A stretch of 60,507 nucleotides of DNA, filler included, from a bacterium (lineage in GTDB: Bacteria; UBA9089; CG2-30-40-21; SBAY01), in assembly GCA_040757115.1 (NCBI GenBank). It is 3 parts of 3 records of this genome, joined end to end, with 100 filler letters (N's around TTAATTAATTAA, not from the genome) between each part and the next. Parts side by side here need not be neighbours in the genome. Positions count along the whole stretch, not along the records: positions 40,921 to 60,507 come from JBFLYA010000056.1; 2 more parts are not named here. One strand, written 5' to 3'. A program made the position numbers and the translations under genes. Of the stretch, positions 50,615 through 60,381 are shown piece by piece. Positions within the stretch are counted from its first letter, which is position 1. The number at the start of each line of letters is the position of its first letter. Under the pieces are notes generated by a model. The model had not been told where the DNA came from and did no database searches. It worked only from the letters and a program-made list of their open reading frames with translations.

Positions 50615-50817
50615 AAAAGGTAACTCATACCGTAGTCTGTCCATACAACAAAGACCACAAATTCCCTGTTGTCCTGGAATTAAAGGATGAATCAAAGGGC
50701 ACTAAAAGCTCTATAGACACATTCTGCCCTTTTTGTGATAAGATTGTTCGGGTAGAGATTGAGGGGGAATTATCACCTGATACTGTGATTATGCGCGGCA
50801 AGGAGGAGTACCTATGA
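50611..50817 (+). CDS. small Zn-ribbon-like protein
   Basis: CPYNKDH...CPFC; ATGA overlaps on both sides. Confidence 0.7.
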   Translation: MKKVTHTVVCPYNKDHKFPVVLELKDESKGTKSSIDTFCPFCDKIVRVEIEGELSPDTVIMRGKEEYL

Positions 50818-53800
50818 TATTTAAGCGGATTGAGCTGAAGCTGTCAGATACTGAAACTAAAGCCCTGAAGGCAAGTTTTGGCAAAGCAATTGCTTCCATA
50901 GAAAGTGCCGGTCGGCTGCATAAAGGCAGCTCTCTGGATATCAGCATGTTGGATGAACTTCGCACAAGCCTTTCCAGCATCGTTAAAAAGACCCCACCTC
51001 TTGTTTCTATCCTTGAAGACATCTCAAAAAGCAATAATTTTTACCACATCAATCTATACCACCTTGATACAGAGATTCTGAATATACCCTGGGGAATAGC
51101 TATTGACCCTGTGTCTGACCGGCCACTTAACCAAAATCCTCAGCTCTTTATAAGCAAAAACACACTCCTGGCTGAGCCGAGACCTAAACCACCAACCCCC
51201 GGCCCACTTAAAATCCTGATCATGCTCTCTTCTCCCAAAGATATAACTATTGAAGGTCGGCTGAATTATGAAGAGGAAGAGCGGCTGATTCTAAGTGCCT
51301 TTGAGCCACTGTTTACAAGTGGCCAGGTGCAGGTGGACTTTACTGATGATGGTTCTCTTTCCTCACTTAAACGCAAGATTGATAAGAATAACTACCATAT
51401 CCTGCATTTTAGCGGCCACGGTATCTTTGATGAGGAAAAGGGGGAAGCCCGCTTGCTGCTGGAAGATGCCTTGAGCCTGAAGGCAGAATATGCTAAGCCT
51501 CTGGAATTTGCCGAGGCGATTCTTAAAGATGACCATACCATTCCCCTGGTTTTCCTCTCTTCCTGCCAGAGTGCCCAGGCAAAGTTTGAAAAAGGTATGG
51601 CTGGGCTCACTGGCACATTATTGCAAAAGGGCATCACGGCAGTGGTCTCCATGGGTATGTCCATTTCCGACCAATATGCCACTCTGTTTGCTTACCATTT
51701 TTATCAGAAAATAGCTGATAAAAAGACCCTGACCCTGCCTGAGGCATTTGCCTATGCCCAGAACGAGATAAGAAATGCAGAAGCCAATGAAATTATTCGC
51801 CAGGGGAATTGGCAGCGACAGCCAGCCCAGTGGATAATCCCCAACCTATACCTCAGTTGTGACACCCAAATTGTTGACTGGGACAATAAAGACTTTGAGC
51901 CACTGGTGCCGGATGATACAAACATCATCTTTGCCAATACTACTATGGGAAAAACAGGTATAGAAAAAGACCAGTTTGTTGGCCGCCGGGAAGACCTTGC
52001 CCGGATTATGCCTGTTTTGTATGAGAAAAAGCATGTTCTCCTCAATGGCCAGGGAGGTATTGGCAAGACAACTATGGCCCGTAAGCTTATCCTGAGGCTT
52101 ATTGCCTTTCAACCTGATCTAACTCCCTTTATCTTTAACCAGGAAGGTACAGAGTTTGCCTTAAGCACTGTCCTTGACCAACTTAAAAGATTCTGCCTAC
52201 GAAAGGACAAAATACAATGGGTGGATGCCCTGGTGCATCTTAAGGATAATCTCATAGAACAGATCAACTTCTTGCTGGACAGGATAGGCAGGGAATTTAA
52301 GGTTGTCCTGCTCTTTGATAATGTGGAATCATTCCAGGATGAGCGAACCGGGGAGTTTCTCTCAGACCATGAGCCAACCCTCTCAGTAATGGCCTATGCC
52401 GCCAAACACCCAAAGATTTTCACCATCTTTACCTGCCGCTATCCGATAAAGGAATTAGAAGAAGCCCTGATATCCTTTGATTTAAACGATATTGAGCTTA
52501 ACGACTTTATCCGCAAATGCTATAACCTTGAGCTAAAGCTTGACCAGAACCAGATGGAATTCTTATACCAGGCCATTGGTGGTAATTTCCGCTATATCGA
52601 GTTTTTCCATAAGGCATTTTCTAAGGCAGATAAGGAAATGGACAAGACCCTTGAGGAGTTTGAAGAAAAGGACAGAGAAGTGACTAAGGAGGTCTTACAG
52701 AAGATGGCTGAGAATCTGATCTTTGATAGACTCTGGGAAAAGACATGCCCGAAAGAGAAAGAGCTGGCTAACCTCCTGTATCACTTTAGCCTGCCTGTGA
52801 TTGAAACAGCCTTTCACCTGCAAGGTTATCCTGCTGATGCCTTGAAAGCACCCCTTGAGCACCTTAAAGACCTCACCCTTATTCAGGTCTATCTGGACCG
52901 GGAGCTAAGTCTTGTCTATTACTTTATGCCGCCCTTAGTCAAAAACCTTCTGAAGCGTATCAAGGTAATAGAAAAGATGCCTGCCCAGTTTCACGAAAAT
53001 GCCGGCAGATACCATTATTACATGCTCTCCGAAGTCCAGCATGGTAACATAAACGAGCTTGAAGCAGCCTTCTGGCAGTTTTATCATGCCAGGAACAAGG
53101 AGCGGATGGATGAACCTGGCGATCGCCTGGCCTGGTTTTACTATAGCCGCTCATTCTACGAAAACTCATTAAAGGTCTGCCAGGCAGTTTATGAGTTGTT
53201 TGGAGAAGATATGCCCTGGTGGTGTGGGAATAGAATGGGAACTATTTTTTTAAGCACCGGGCAATATGACCAGGCTCTACCATTTTACGATAAAGCCCTT
53301 AAGGCATTTGATACCCTGCCCACCCTTACTGATGAAGACAAAGAGAATAAAGGGGCAACCCTGAACAATATCAGTCAGATTTGCTCTGCAAGAGGAGATT
53401 ACGATACCGCTCTTGACTATCTTAACCGCTCATTAAAGATATTCAAGGAAGGTGGGAATAAATATGAAGAAGGGGCAACCCTGAACAATATCAGTAGTAT
53501 TTATTATGCAAGAGGAGATTACGATACCGCTCTTGACTATCTTAACCGCTCATTAAAGATTCGCCAGGAAATCGGGGGTAAAAGTGGTGAAGGCACAACC
53601 CTGTCAAATATGGGCAGCATTTCTTATGGCCGAGGAGATTATGATACCGCTCTTGACTATCTTAACCGCTCATTAAAGATTCGCCAGGAAATCGGGGATA
53701 AAAGTGGGGAAGGCACAACCCTGGCAAATATTGGTAATATTTTCTATGCAAGAGGAGATTACGATACTGCCCTTGACTATCTTAACCGCTCATTAAAGAT

Positions 53801-54227
53801 TCGCCAGGAAATCGGGGATAAAAGTGGTGAAGGGACAACACTGAACAATATTTGTGCGATTTATCATGCCCGAGGAGATTACGATACCGCTCTTGACTAT
53901 CTTCACCGCTCATTAAAGATTAGCCAGGAAATCGGGGATAAAAGTGGACAGATTCCAACGCTTCACAATATCGCTATGATTGAGGCTGAAAGGGAAAATA
54001 TGGAAGCGGTATTAGAACTGGAGATGGAGGCTTACCGACTGGCTGTGGAAACAAACGATGCCATGGGGTTGTTTCAGGTAGGGCAGGTATTTGGGCAACT
54101 GTTGGTTGGTATAGGCCAAAGAGAAGAAGGCACAGCCATTCTGCAGCGGGCGTTTGAGATTGGCCAGGCAGCCGGACTGCCTGGTACGGAACAAATCAGG
54201 GATATTTTAGCCCAGCCTGGTGTGTAG
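50814..54227 (+). CDS. CHAT (caspase-like) protease - STAND ATPase - TPR protein
   Basis: HFSGHG and LSSCQS dyad; GQGGIGKT, LLFDNVE; 40-aa repeats GDYDTALDYLNRSLKI. Confidence 0.88.
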   Translation: MIFKRIELKLSDTETKALKASFGKAIASIESAGRLHKGSSLDISMLDELRTSLSSIVKKTPPLVSILEDISKSNNFYHINLYHLDTEILNIPWGIAIDPVSDRPLNQNPQLFISKNTLLAEPRPKPPTPGPLKILIMLSSPKDITIEGRLNYEEEERLILSAFEPLFTSGQVQVDFTDDGSLSSLKRKIDKNNYHILHFSGHGIFDEEKGEARLLLEDALSLKAEYAKPLEFAEAILKDDHTIPLVFLSSCQSAQAKFEKGMAGLTGTLLQKGITAVVSMGMSISDQYATLFAYHFYQKIADKKTLTLPEAFAYAQNEIRNAEANEIIRQGNWQRQPAQWIIPNLYLSCDTQIVDWDNKDFEPLVPDDTNIIFANTTMGKTGIEKDQFVGRREDLARIMPVLYEKKHVLLNGQGGIGKTTMARKLILRLIAFQPDLTPFIFNQEGTEFALSTVLDQLKRFCLRKDKIQWVDALVHLKDNLIEQINFLLDRIGREFKVVLLFDNVESFQDERTGEFLSDHEPTLSVMAYAAKHPKIFTIFTCRYPIKELEEALISFDLNDIELNDFIRKCYNLELKLDQNQMEFLYQAIGGNFRYIEFFHKAFSKADKEMDKTLEEFEEKDREVTKEVLQKMAENLIFDRLWEKTCPKEKELANLLYHFSLPVIETAFHLQGYPADALKAPLEHLKDLTLIQVYLDRELSLVYYFMPPLVKNLLKRIKVIEKMPAQFHENAGRYHYYMLSEVQHGNINELEAAFWQFYHARNKERMDEPGDRLAWFYYSRSFYENSLKVCQAVYELFGEDMPWWCGNRMGTIFLSTGQYDQALPFYDKALKAFDTLPTLTDEDKENKGATLNNISQICSARGDYDTALDYLNRSLKIFKEGGNKYEEGATLNNISSIYYARGDYDTALDYLNRSLKIRQEIGGKSGEGTTLSNMGSISYGRGDYDTALDYLNRSLKIRQEIGDKSGEGTTLANIGNIFYARGDYDTALDYLNRSLKIRQEIGDKSGEGTTLNNICAIYHARGDYDTALDYLHRSLKISQEIGDKSGQIPTLHNIAMIEAERENMEAVLELEMEAYRLAVETNDAMGLFQVGQVFGQLLVGIGQREEGTAILQRAFEIGQAAGLPGTEQIRDILAQPGV

Positions 54228-54432
54228 GTTAAGCAAGTCGGAGTGAAGAAATGCCAGCTATCACGGATGAGCAGCCCGGTGTGGGTATGTACGCTTAAAA
54301 CGGAAGAACGCCGTACCAGATCTCAACATTTATCAATGATTTTTTGCTTGACTTAGCCATTTCTATAGGCTATAATATAGAACTGGTGGAGGGAAGAATT
54401 TTTGTAGGGATGAGAGGAGGTATAACAGCAAT

Positions 54433-54729
54433 ATGACTTTACAGGAGATTATGGCTGATATTCACGCACTTCATGAAGATTTGGAAGCATACGAGCGCAA
54501 GTATGGAGTGCTTTCGGAAACATTCTATGAATCCTACACCAGCGGGGAAGAGCCAGAGGATGATGACTGGGTGTTAGATTGGGCTGACTGGGCTGGGGCA
54601 TACAAAATCATGCTCCGGCGCCGAGAACAATATTATCGGGCTATTCAGGACTTGCGAAAACAGTCACAAAGTCTGGTTAATGTTATTGAAAGGACGCTCC
54701 GTCATGAACCCATTCCAATCGCTTCATGA
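54433..54729 (+). CDS. putative antitoxin (TumA-like)
   Basis: LEAYERKYGVLSETFY...DWA; overlaps a DUF6516-like gene. Confidence 0.6.
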   Translation: MTLQEIMADIHALHEDLEAYERKYGVLSETFYESYTSGEEPEDDDWVLDWADWAGAYKIMLRRREQYYRAIQDLRKQSQSLVNVIERTLRHEPIPIAS

Positions 54730-55117
54730 CTATGAAGAATTCATTTATACCCTTAGACAATGCTTCCCTTCTGTTCAGAGGTCTACTCTAATAATTGTGC
54801 AACATGGTAAAAGGACAGCCACTCTACAGGGGGAGATTGCCTTTACCCAGGGATATCGGATCACGCTTAAAGAGCGCCTGTCATTTGACGAAGGGCCTGT
54901 TGTGATTGAAGATTATGGGTATGAATTATGGAATAAAGGGGACAAAATAGCCTGGTATGATGCACAACCGCATCCTGACGACTCAACCCTTGCCAGGACT
55001 TATCCTCACCATAAGTATATCCTTCCTGATATTAAGCATCATCGCATCCCTGCATCAAATATGAGCTTCTCGCACCCCAATTTGCCAGCTCTTATTCAAG
55101 AAATTGAAAAATTGTGA
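54704..55117 (+). CDS. DUF6516 (TumE-like) toxin-family protein
   Basis: YGYE...WYDAQPHP...TYPHHK. Confidence 0.65.
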   Translation: MNPFQSLHDYEEFIYTLRQCFPSVQRSTLIIVQHGKRTATLQGEIAFTQGYRITLKERLSFDEGPVVIEDYGYELWNKGDKIAWYDAQPHPDDSTLARTYPHHKYILPDIKHHRIPASNMSFSHPNLPALIQEIEKL

Positions 55118-55186
55118 CCTGTGCAGTTAAGATAAACCACGAAGGGCACGAAGACCACGAAGAAAAAATATCCACCTGTGCGGTTA

Positions 55187-55458
55187 TAGCAGTTATTAAC
55201 TGGAAGTTTACATAGGATAATATCCATAAATAAGGCATGAGAATAATCGTTCCGTTAGGAACATAATATCGGTAGGAATAGATAGACAAATCAATCAGTT
55301 CCGTAGGAACGATATATTGGTAGAAAATTTATGGAAAGCCATTTACCGATATATTGTCCCTACGGGACATTATTTGTGTGATATTTATTTCTACCGATAT
55401 GTTGTCCCTATGGGACATTATTTGTATTTCTAAGTAAAGTTTTGAATAATAACTGCTA
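55187..55458. mobile_element. 272-bp TA-duplicating MITE, copy 2
   Basis: Near-identical to 26241-26512, TA on both sides. Confidence 0.88.
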
Positions 55459-55466
55459 TAGGTGCT

Positions 55467-56702
55467 TTATTCATCCCAAATTGGATACTGTTGTGGGGGG
55501 CTACCATGAGATTCAAGAATAATGGGGCTCTTGATTTTAGGGTCTACCGGGTCGATACGCTCTAATTTTACATCAAATTTCCAATTATCACCAAAATCAT
55601 ACAGGTAGGTCATAGTTGTACCAGGCTTAATGTCTAAATCACCAATAATCACTTCATCAGCCAATAATGGTTCCTCTTCCATATACGGATGATTTACATT
55701 GATAGAGACACCAAAACGATTTCTGTAGGTGAAACAGTAGAGGTGATCGAAGTCAAAATTAAAGGTTTTCAGAATAATGTTACTTAGACTTTGTAAGTCA
55801 TTTTCGCCTGGTATGGCAATAAGTCGCCATACATTTCTCAGGGATACCTTAAAAATATAGATACCATCTTGAAACTCAGGCTTTGGAAGACTTAGATTCT
55901 TACGCCACTGTGGGAAAAAAGGCTGGATAATCGGTTGCAATTCCCCAAAACAAACATCCATTTCGCTTTCCTTGTAAAAATATTTCGGATGATTTAGCAC
56001 ATTACCGAGTAACTGCAAAAGTGCATCTCCAAATGGTGTTCGATGCACCATAGCAATACGCCATCCTTTTCCCTTTTCAGGTTTACCGTGCTGCACAGAT
56101 ATGCACCCAAACAGCTCTAACAGGGCAACAGTATATAATCCTATAATGTAACTTATAAACTCCTCTTTATCTTTATTTCCTACAAGTTTTAGTCCTTGAG
56201 CCGGTATCTCCTTGAAGAAACTTAACCACTTAAAGATAGGAATATCGAATGAGGTGCTGTGCTCTCCGAGAACTTCTGGATTTACTTTGAGTAGCCATGT
56301 CTCCAGCAGAGTAAAATACCGCTCTGTTGAGTTAAGTTTTTGCCACTCTTGAAGTACTGGCTCATTCAAAACTAAAACCTGTTCTGTCTTAGCTACTTCT
56401 ATATATGCCAGCCTGGTAGTCCGTAACAAAAGGTACAGTCCATTTATATAAGGATATGACTTTTGAAGTGGACGGTCAAGACCAATCTCAATTGGATGGG
56501 TGAGTTGTGCATTGAGTTGACTTAGTAAGTCCATTGGCAAAAGATTATTTTTACTGCTAACCTGGCACCTCTTTGACCCTATAAAACCCAGTAGTATCTC
56601 AAAATCACGCAAAACAGTCCCCGGACCATTCTCATCAATAACCTGATTGCGAAGAATCTGTTTGTTTTCAGACGATAAAGAATGTATTTTGGGATTGTTC
56701 AT
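55467..56702 (-). CDS. pRiA4b ORF-3-like domain protein
   Basis: C-terminal VWRLIAI...FDFDHLYCF...YLYDFGDNW. Confidence 0.8.
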   Translation of the reverse strand: MNNPKIHSLSSENKQILRNQVIDENGPGTVLRDFEILLGFIGSKRCQVSSKNNLLPMDLLSQLNAQLTHPIEIGLDRPLQKSYPYINGLYLLLRTTRLAYIEVAKTEQVLVLNEPVLQEWQKLNSTERYFTLLETWLLKVNPEVLGEHSTSFDIPIFKWLSFFKEIPAQGLKLVGNKDKEEFISYIIGLYTVALLELFGCISVQHGKPEKGKGWRIAMVHRTPFGDALLQLLGNVLNHPKYFYKESEMDVCFGELQPIIQPFFPQWRKNLSLPKPEFQDGIYIFKVSLRNVWRLIAIPGENDLQSLSNIILKTFNFDFDHLYCFTYRNRFGVSINVNHPYMEEEPLLADEVIIGDLDIKPGTTMTYLYDFGDNWKFDVKLERIDPVDPKIKSPIILESHGSPPQQYPIWDE

Positions 56703-56816
56703 CTTTATTACCCCCTTTTATCTATAAAAAATATTTCGACCTGTGAAATAGATCAACATGGGAAAACAAAATTATACCACACTACCTGGTGTCCGAAAAG
56801 GAGATAGGGAGATTAA

Positions 56817-57028
56817 CTGTGATTCAGACATTGGACATCAGACACAAGACTATAGACTCTATTTATGCAGGAAATTAGCGACATTTGGGAAACCATCCTT
56901 AAAACCTCACTCCCTGAATTTTTTCCTAAGCAGAAGTATAGGCAGGTCTCCCAAGCCTTCATTCTTCTGCAATTTCTGCCCGCTTTAGTCTGATGTCTGA
57001 TGTCTATAGTCTACTGTTTGAATCACAG
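56817..57028. mobile_element. MITE with CTGTGATTCA ends
   Basis: CTGTGATTCAGACA...TGTTTGAATCACAG; inner CATCAGA/TCTGATG arms. Confidence 0.75.
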
Positions 57029-57029
57029 G

Positions 57030-57133
57030 TAATCCTTCTTCACTTAACTTTATTTTATAATAGCATATTTTATAGGAATTGTAAAGAAAAATTAAAAATT
57101 TATTGACAATAACATAATTAATGGATATAATTT
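57030..57133. promoter_or_regulatory. bidirectional promoter segment, copy 2
   Basis: Direct repeat of 48492-48595 with a few mismatches; upstream of the kinase operon. Confidence 0.8.
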
Positions 57134-57154
57134 AATCAAAAGGAGTAATACTTA

Positions 57155-58924
57155 ATGGAAGAGCTTAATCAGATAGAAAAAGAAGAGTTAGCTAAACGGA
57201 TAAAATGGCTGATAAATATCAGATGGGTAGCCGCTACATTCCCATATTTTATATTTGTTTTATCTGCACAGCGTGGCGAGGTACAAATTGGCTTTCCTGA
57301 AATTTTTCCTTTAGTTGAATATGCACTTAATATATTTTATATCATAATGGTTCGATTAAAAAAATGTTTACGATTTATTGCCTATTTCCAATTAATTGTA
57401 GACTTACTTCTTATTACCGCAGGGGTACATTTTACAGGTGGCCTGGGCAGTTGGTTTGATATATTTATCTATTTTATAATCATTATTGCTGCCCGGGCTC
57501 TACTATCATTACGAGCAAGTATTATCTTTGCAGGTCTGAGCAGTATTTTATACACCACTATTATTAGTCTTGAATTCCTCGATATTTTACCACCAATATC
57601 TATCTTAGCATTTAAAACTCCTTTACCTGAAGATGTTGAATATTTTATCACCTCGGTAATTGTGCGGGTAGTATTTTTCTTCTGGATTGCTATCATAGCA
57701 GGACATCTGGCAGATATTATTCGCAAAAGGAGTGAAGAATTAATGGAGTCAAACATCAGGTCTGAAAGATTAGAAAGAACTAATAAAGAACTTGAAGAAC
57801 TAAATAGAATGAAATCAGAATTTGTCTCTATTGTCTCGCATGAACTTCGGACACCTCTTACTACTATGAAAGAATTTGTCTCACTTATCTTAGATGAAAT
57901 TCCAGGTAAGATTAATAAAGAACAAAATGAGTTTTTATCTATTATTAATGAGAACATTAATCGTTTAGCTCGATTAATTAACAATATGTTGGACCTATCA
58001 AGGATAGAATCTGGCAGGATGGAATTAAATCGTAAGGAAATTGATATAACTACTGTTGCAGAACAAGTAATTAAATTCCTACATGCTCAAGCAAAAGAGA
58101 AAAACATTTTAATAGAAAATTTATTACCTGCGGATTTATCTGTATATGCGGATATGGATAAAACCTCACAAATATTGACAAATCTTGTAGATAATGCTAT
58201 TAAATTTACTCAAAAAGGTGGTAAGGTAACTATAGAAGGTAAAAGGGTAAATAATCAGGTACAAATTAGTATAATCGATACCGGGATAGGTATAGCAAAA
58301 GAGAGTATTCCCCAGATATTTGAGAGATTTCAACGGATTGAGCTTCTTGCTGACCAACAAGCACGAGGTACTGGTTTGGGACTAAGTATTTGTAAAGCAC
58401 TTATTGAAATGCATCATGGTAAAATATGGGTAGAAAGTGAAGTAGGCAAAGGAAGTAATTTTACCTTTTCTTTACCTGAATTTGATGAAGATATATTCTT
58501 TAAAAATGCTTTGACGCAAAAATTTAACCGTGCTTTGCGAAATCAATTGTTTTTATCATTATTTATAGTAAGTATAGAGAGTGAATCTGGGGCGATTGAT
58601 GGAATATTACAAGATGTAGAAAATGTAGTCAAAGAGATATTACGAGGGGAAACAGATGTAATTATAGGAATAAAAAAGAATAAATCGGTTCTCATTCTGT
58701 CAGAAGTAAACAGTAAAGATGCCTTGTCAATAAAAAATAGAATATTAAATGCATTAGTAGAACATGAATTTTTAACTCAAGAAGGTAAACATATCGATGT
58801 AACTATAAACTTAGGAATAGCTACTTATCCTGATGATGCGACTACTAAAGATGAATTGATGGCTAAAGCAAAAGAAGATTCGAAAAGGAGAAAACACCAT
58901 GTCCAAAATATTAGTTGTAGATGA
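57155..58924 (+). CDS. membrane histidine kinase with degenerate C-terminal GGDEF-like domain
   Basis: TM region (HFTGG); SHELRTPL, NAIKF, GTGLGL; tail GIATYPDDA lacks GGDEF. Confidence 0.9.
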   Translation: MEELNQIEKEELAKRIKWLINIRWVAATFPYFIFVLSAQRGEVQIGFPEIFPLVEYALNIFYIIMVRLKKCLRFIAYFQLIVDLLLITAGVHFTGGLGSWFDIFIYFIIIIAARALLSLRASIIFAGLSSILYTTIISLEFLDILPPISILAFKTPLPEDVEYFITSVIVRVVFFFWIAIIAGHLADIIRKRSEELMESNIRSERLERTNKELEELNRMKSEFVSIVSHELRTPLTTMKEFVSLILDEIPGKINKEQNEFLSIINENINRLARLINNMLDLSRIESGRMELNRKEIDITTVAEQVIKFLHAQAKEKNILIENLLPADLSVYADMDKTSQILTNLVDNAIKFTQKGGKVTIEGKRVNNQVQISIIDTGIGIAKESIPQIFERFQRIELLADQQARGTGLGLSICKALIEMHHGKIWVESEVGKGSNFTFSLPEFDEDIFFKNALTQKFNRALRNQLFLSLFIVSIESESGAIDGILQDVENVVKEILRGETDVIIGIKKNKSVLILSEVNSKDALSIKNRILNALVEHEFLTQEGKHIDVTINLGIATYPDDATTKDELMAKAKEDSKRRKHHVQNISCR

Positions 58925-59297
58925 TGACACAGAGCTTGTTGAAGCACTTAAGATTAGATTAGAAGTAAATAATTATAAAGTAATGACTGCGTTAAATGGG
59001 ATAGAGGCATTAGATAAGGTATATAAAGAAATGCCTGATCTGGTACTTTTAGATGCCTGGCTGCCTAAGATGAGTGGGTGGGAGGTCTGCCGTAAGATTA
59101 AAGAAAGTGAAGAACTTAATTCTATTAAAGTGATTTTTCTTACTGCTCGGACAGAACTGAGTAATAGATTAATAGCCACTCAAATACTAAAGGCTGATGG
59201 TTATATCACTAAACCATTTAAATCAGAAAAGTTAATTGCTACAATAAAGGAAGTGTTAGAGGAAAATGTCAAAGAAAAAGGTATTAGTAATAGATGA
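58899..59297 (+). CDS. single-domain response regulator
   Basis: REC motifs; paralog of 34483-34854. Confidence 0.9.
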   Translation: MSKILVVDDDTELVEALKIRLEVNNYKVMTALNGIEALDKVYKEMPDLVLLDAWLPKMSGWEVCRKIKESEELNSIKVIFLTARTELSNRLIATQILKADGYITKPFKSEKLIATIKEVLEENVKEKGISNR

Positions 59298-59637
59298 TGA
59301 GCCTTTCCTGGTTAAGGCATTAAAAATCAGACTGGAAATGTCAGGATATGAGGTAATTACTGCATACGATGGATTAGATGGATTGAATAAGGCAATAGAA
59401 GAAAGGCCTGATTTGATTCTCCTTGATGTGATGCTGCCTAAAAAAAATGGCTATCAGATATGTCAACGCCTAAAATCTGATGAACAATACAAACATATTC
59501 CTATTGTTATGTTAACTGCTAAGGGACAGAAGAGTGATAAAGAATGGGGAGAGCGCACAGGGGCAGATGTCTATATTACGAAGCCTTTTGATGATAAAGA
59601 ATTATTAGCAAAAATAAAGGAATTATTGGGAGAATAG
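59266..59637 (+). CDS. single-domain response regulator
   Basis: REC motifs; paralog of 34125-34490. Confidence 0.9.
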   Translation: MSKKKVLVIDDEPFLVKALKIRLEMSGYEVITAYDGLDGLNKAIEERPDLILLDVMLPKKNGYQICQRLKSDEQYKHIPIVMLTAKGQKSDKEWGERTGADVYITKPFDDKELLAKIKELLGE

Positions 59638-59765
59638 ATGAGGTAAAGTCAAAAATCATAATGAATATATTGCTGTGATTCAGACACTGGACATCAGACA
59701 CCACTGAAATTTGCAGGAATATGGGATTATGGAATGGGCTATCAATATTTAATTGGAGTAGTTCA

Positions 59766-60068
59766 ATGAATACAACTCAAATTCAAACTAATTCTTTACA
59801 ACAGACAATTGTTATTAAAAATAAGTTAGGGTTACATGCGCGAGCTGCGGCTGCTTTTGTTAAGATAGCACACGAGTTTCAATCAAAAATTCACCTTAAA
59901 AAAAATACTAATCCAGGTTGGGTGGATGGTAAAAGTGTTTTAAGTATCATGACATTAGAGGCATCATCTGGTAGTCAAATAATAATCAGTGCACAAGGAC
60001 CTGATGCCAAACAGGCTTTAAATAAATTAATACAATTAATAAATGATAAATTTGGAGAGAAAGAATGA
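59766..60068 (+). CDS. ptsH: phosphocarrier protein HPr
   Basis: NKLGLHARAAA, VDGKSVLSIMTL, KFGE. Confidence 0.9.
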   Translation: MNTTQIQTNSLQQTIVIKNKLGLHARAAAAFVKIAHEFQSKIHLKKNTNPGWVDGKSVLSIMTLEASSGSQIIISAQGPDAKQALNKLIQLINDKFGEKE

Positions 60069-60258
60069 CTTCTTCTATGGTAAAACTTAAAGGTGTAATT
60101 GCTTCACCAGGAGTAGTAATTGGTAAAGCTTATTTATTAGATATGGCTAATCTGCATGTAACTCGTAAAAGAATTCCTCCTGAGGAAATAGATAAACAAT
60201 TAAGAATTTTATAGAGGCTGTCTCACGCACCGAAAAGGAGATTATGAAGGTAAATTAA
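60065..60258 (+). pseudogene. ptsI: PTS enzyme I N-terminal fragment (frameshifted, interrupted)
   Basis: LKGVIASPGVVIGKAY... directly after ptsH; frameshift near 60205, then repeat elements. Confidence 0.65.
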
Positions 60259-60381
60259 TAAACTATATAGAATGAAAAAAAATAGGGCTTCACGAAATTC
60301 CCTCACCCAAATATTATAGTTAATTGACAATTATCAATTAGCCATTATCAATTCACAATTAATATTTGATGTTGACAAAAT

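Noticed and set aside
2221-59179. Many short antisense or overlapping ORFs in the track (e.g. 2221-2607, 4244-4705, 15800-16432, 43450-43842, 57469-57984)
   Set aside because: Shadows of well-supported genes on the opposite strand, without motifs or RBS
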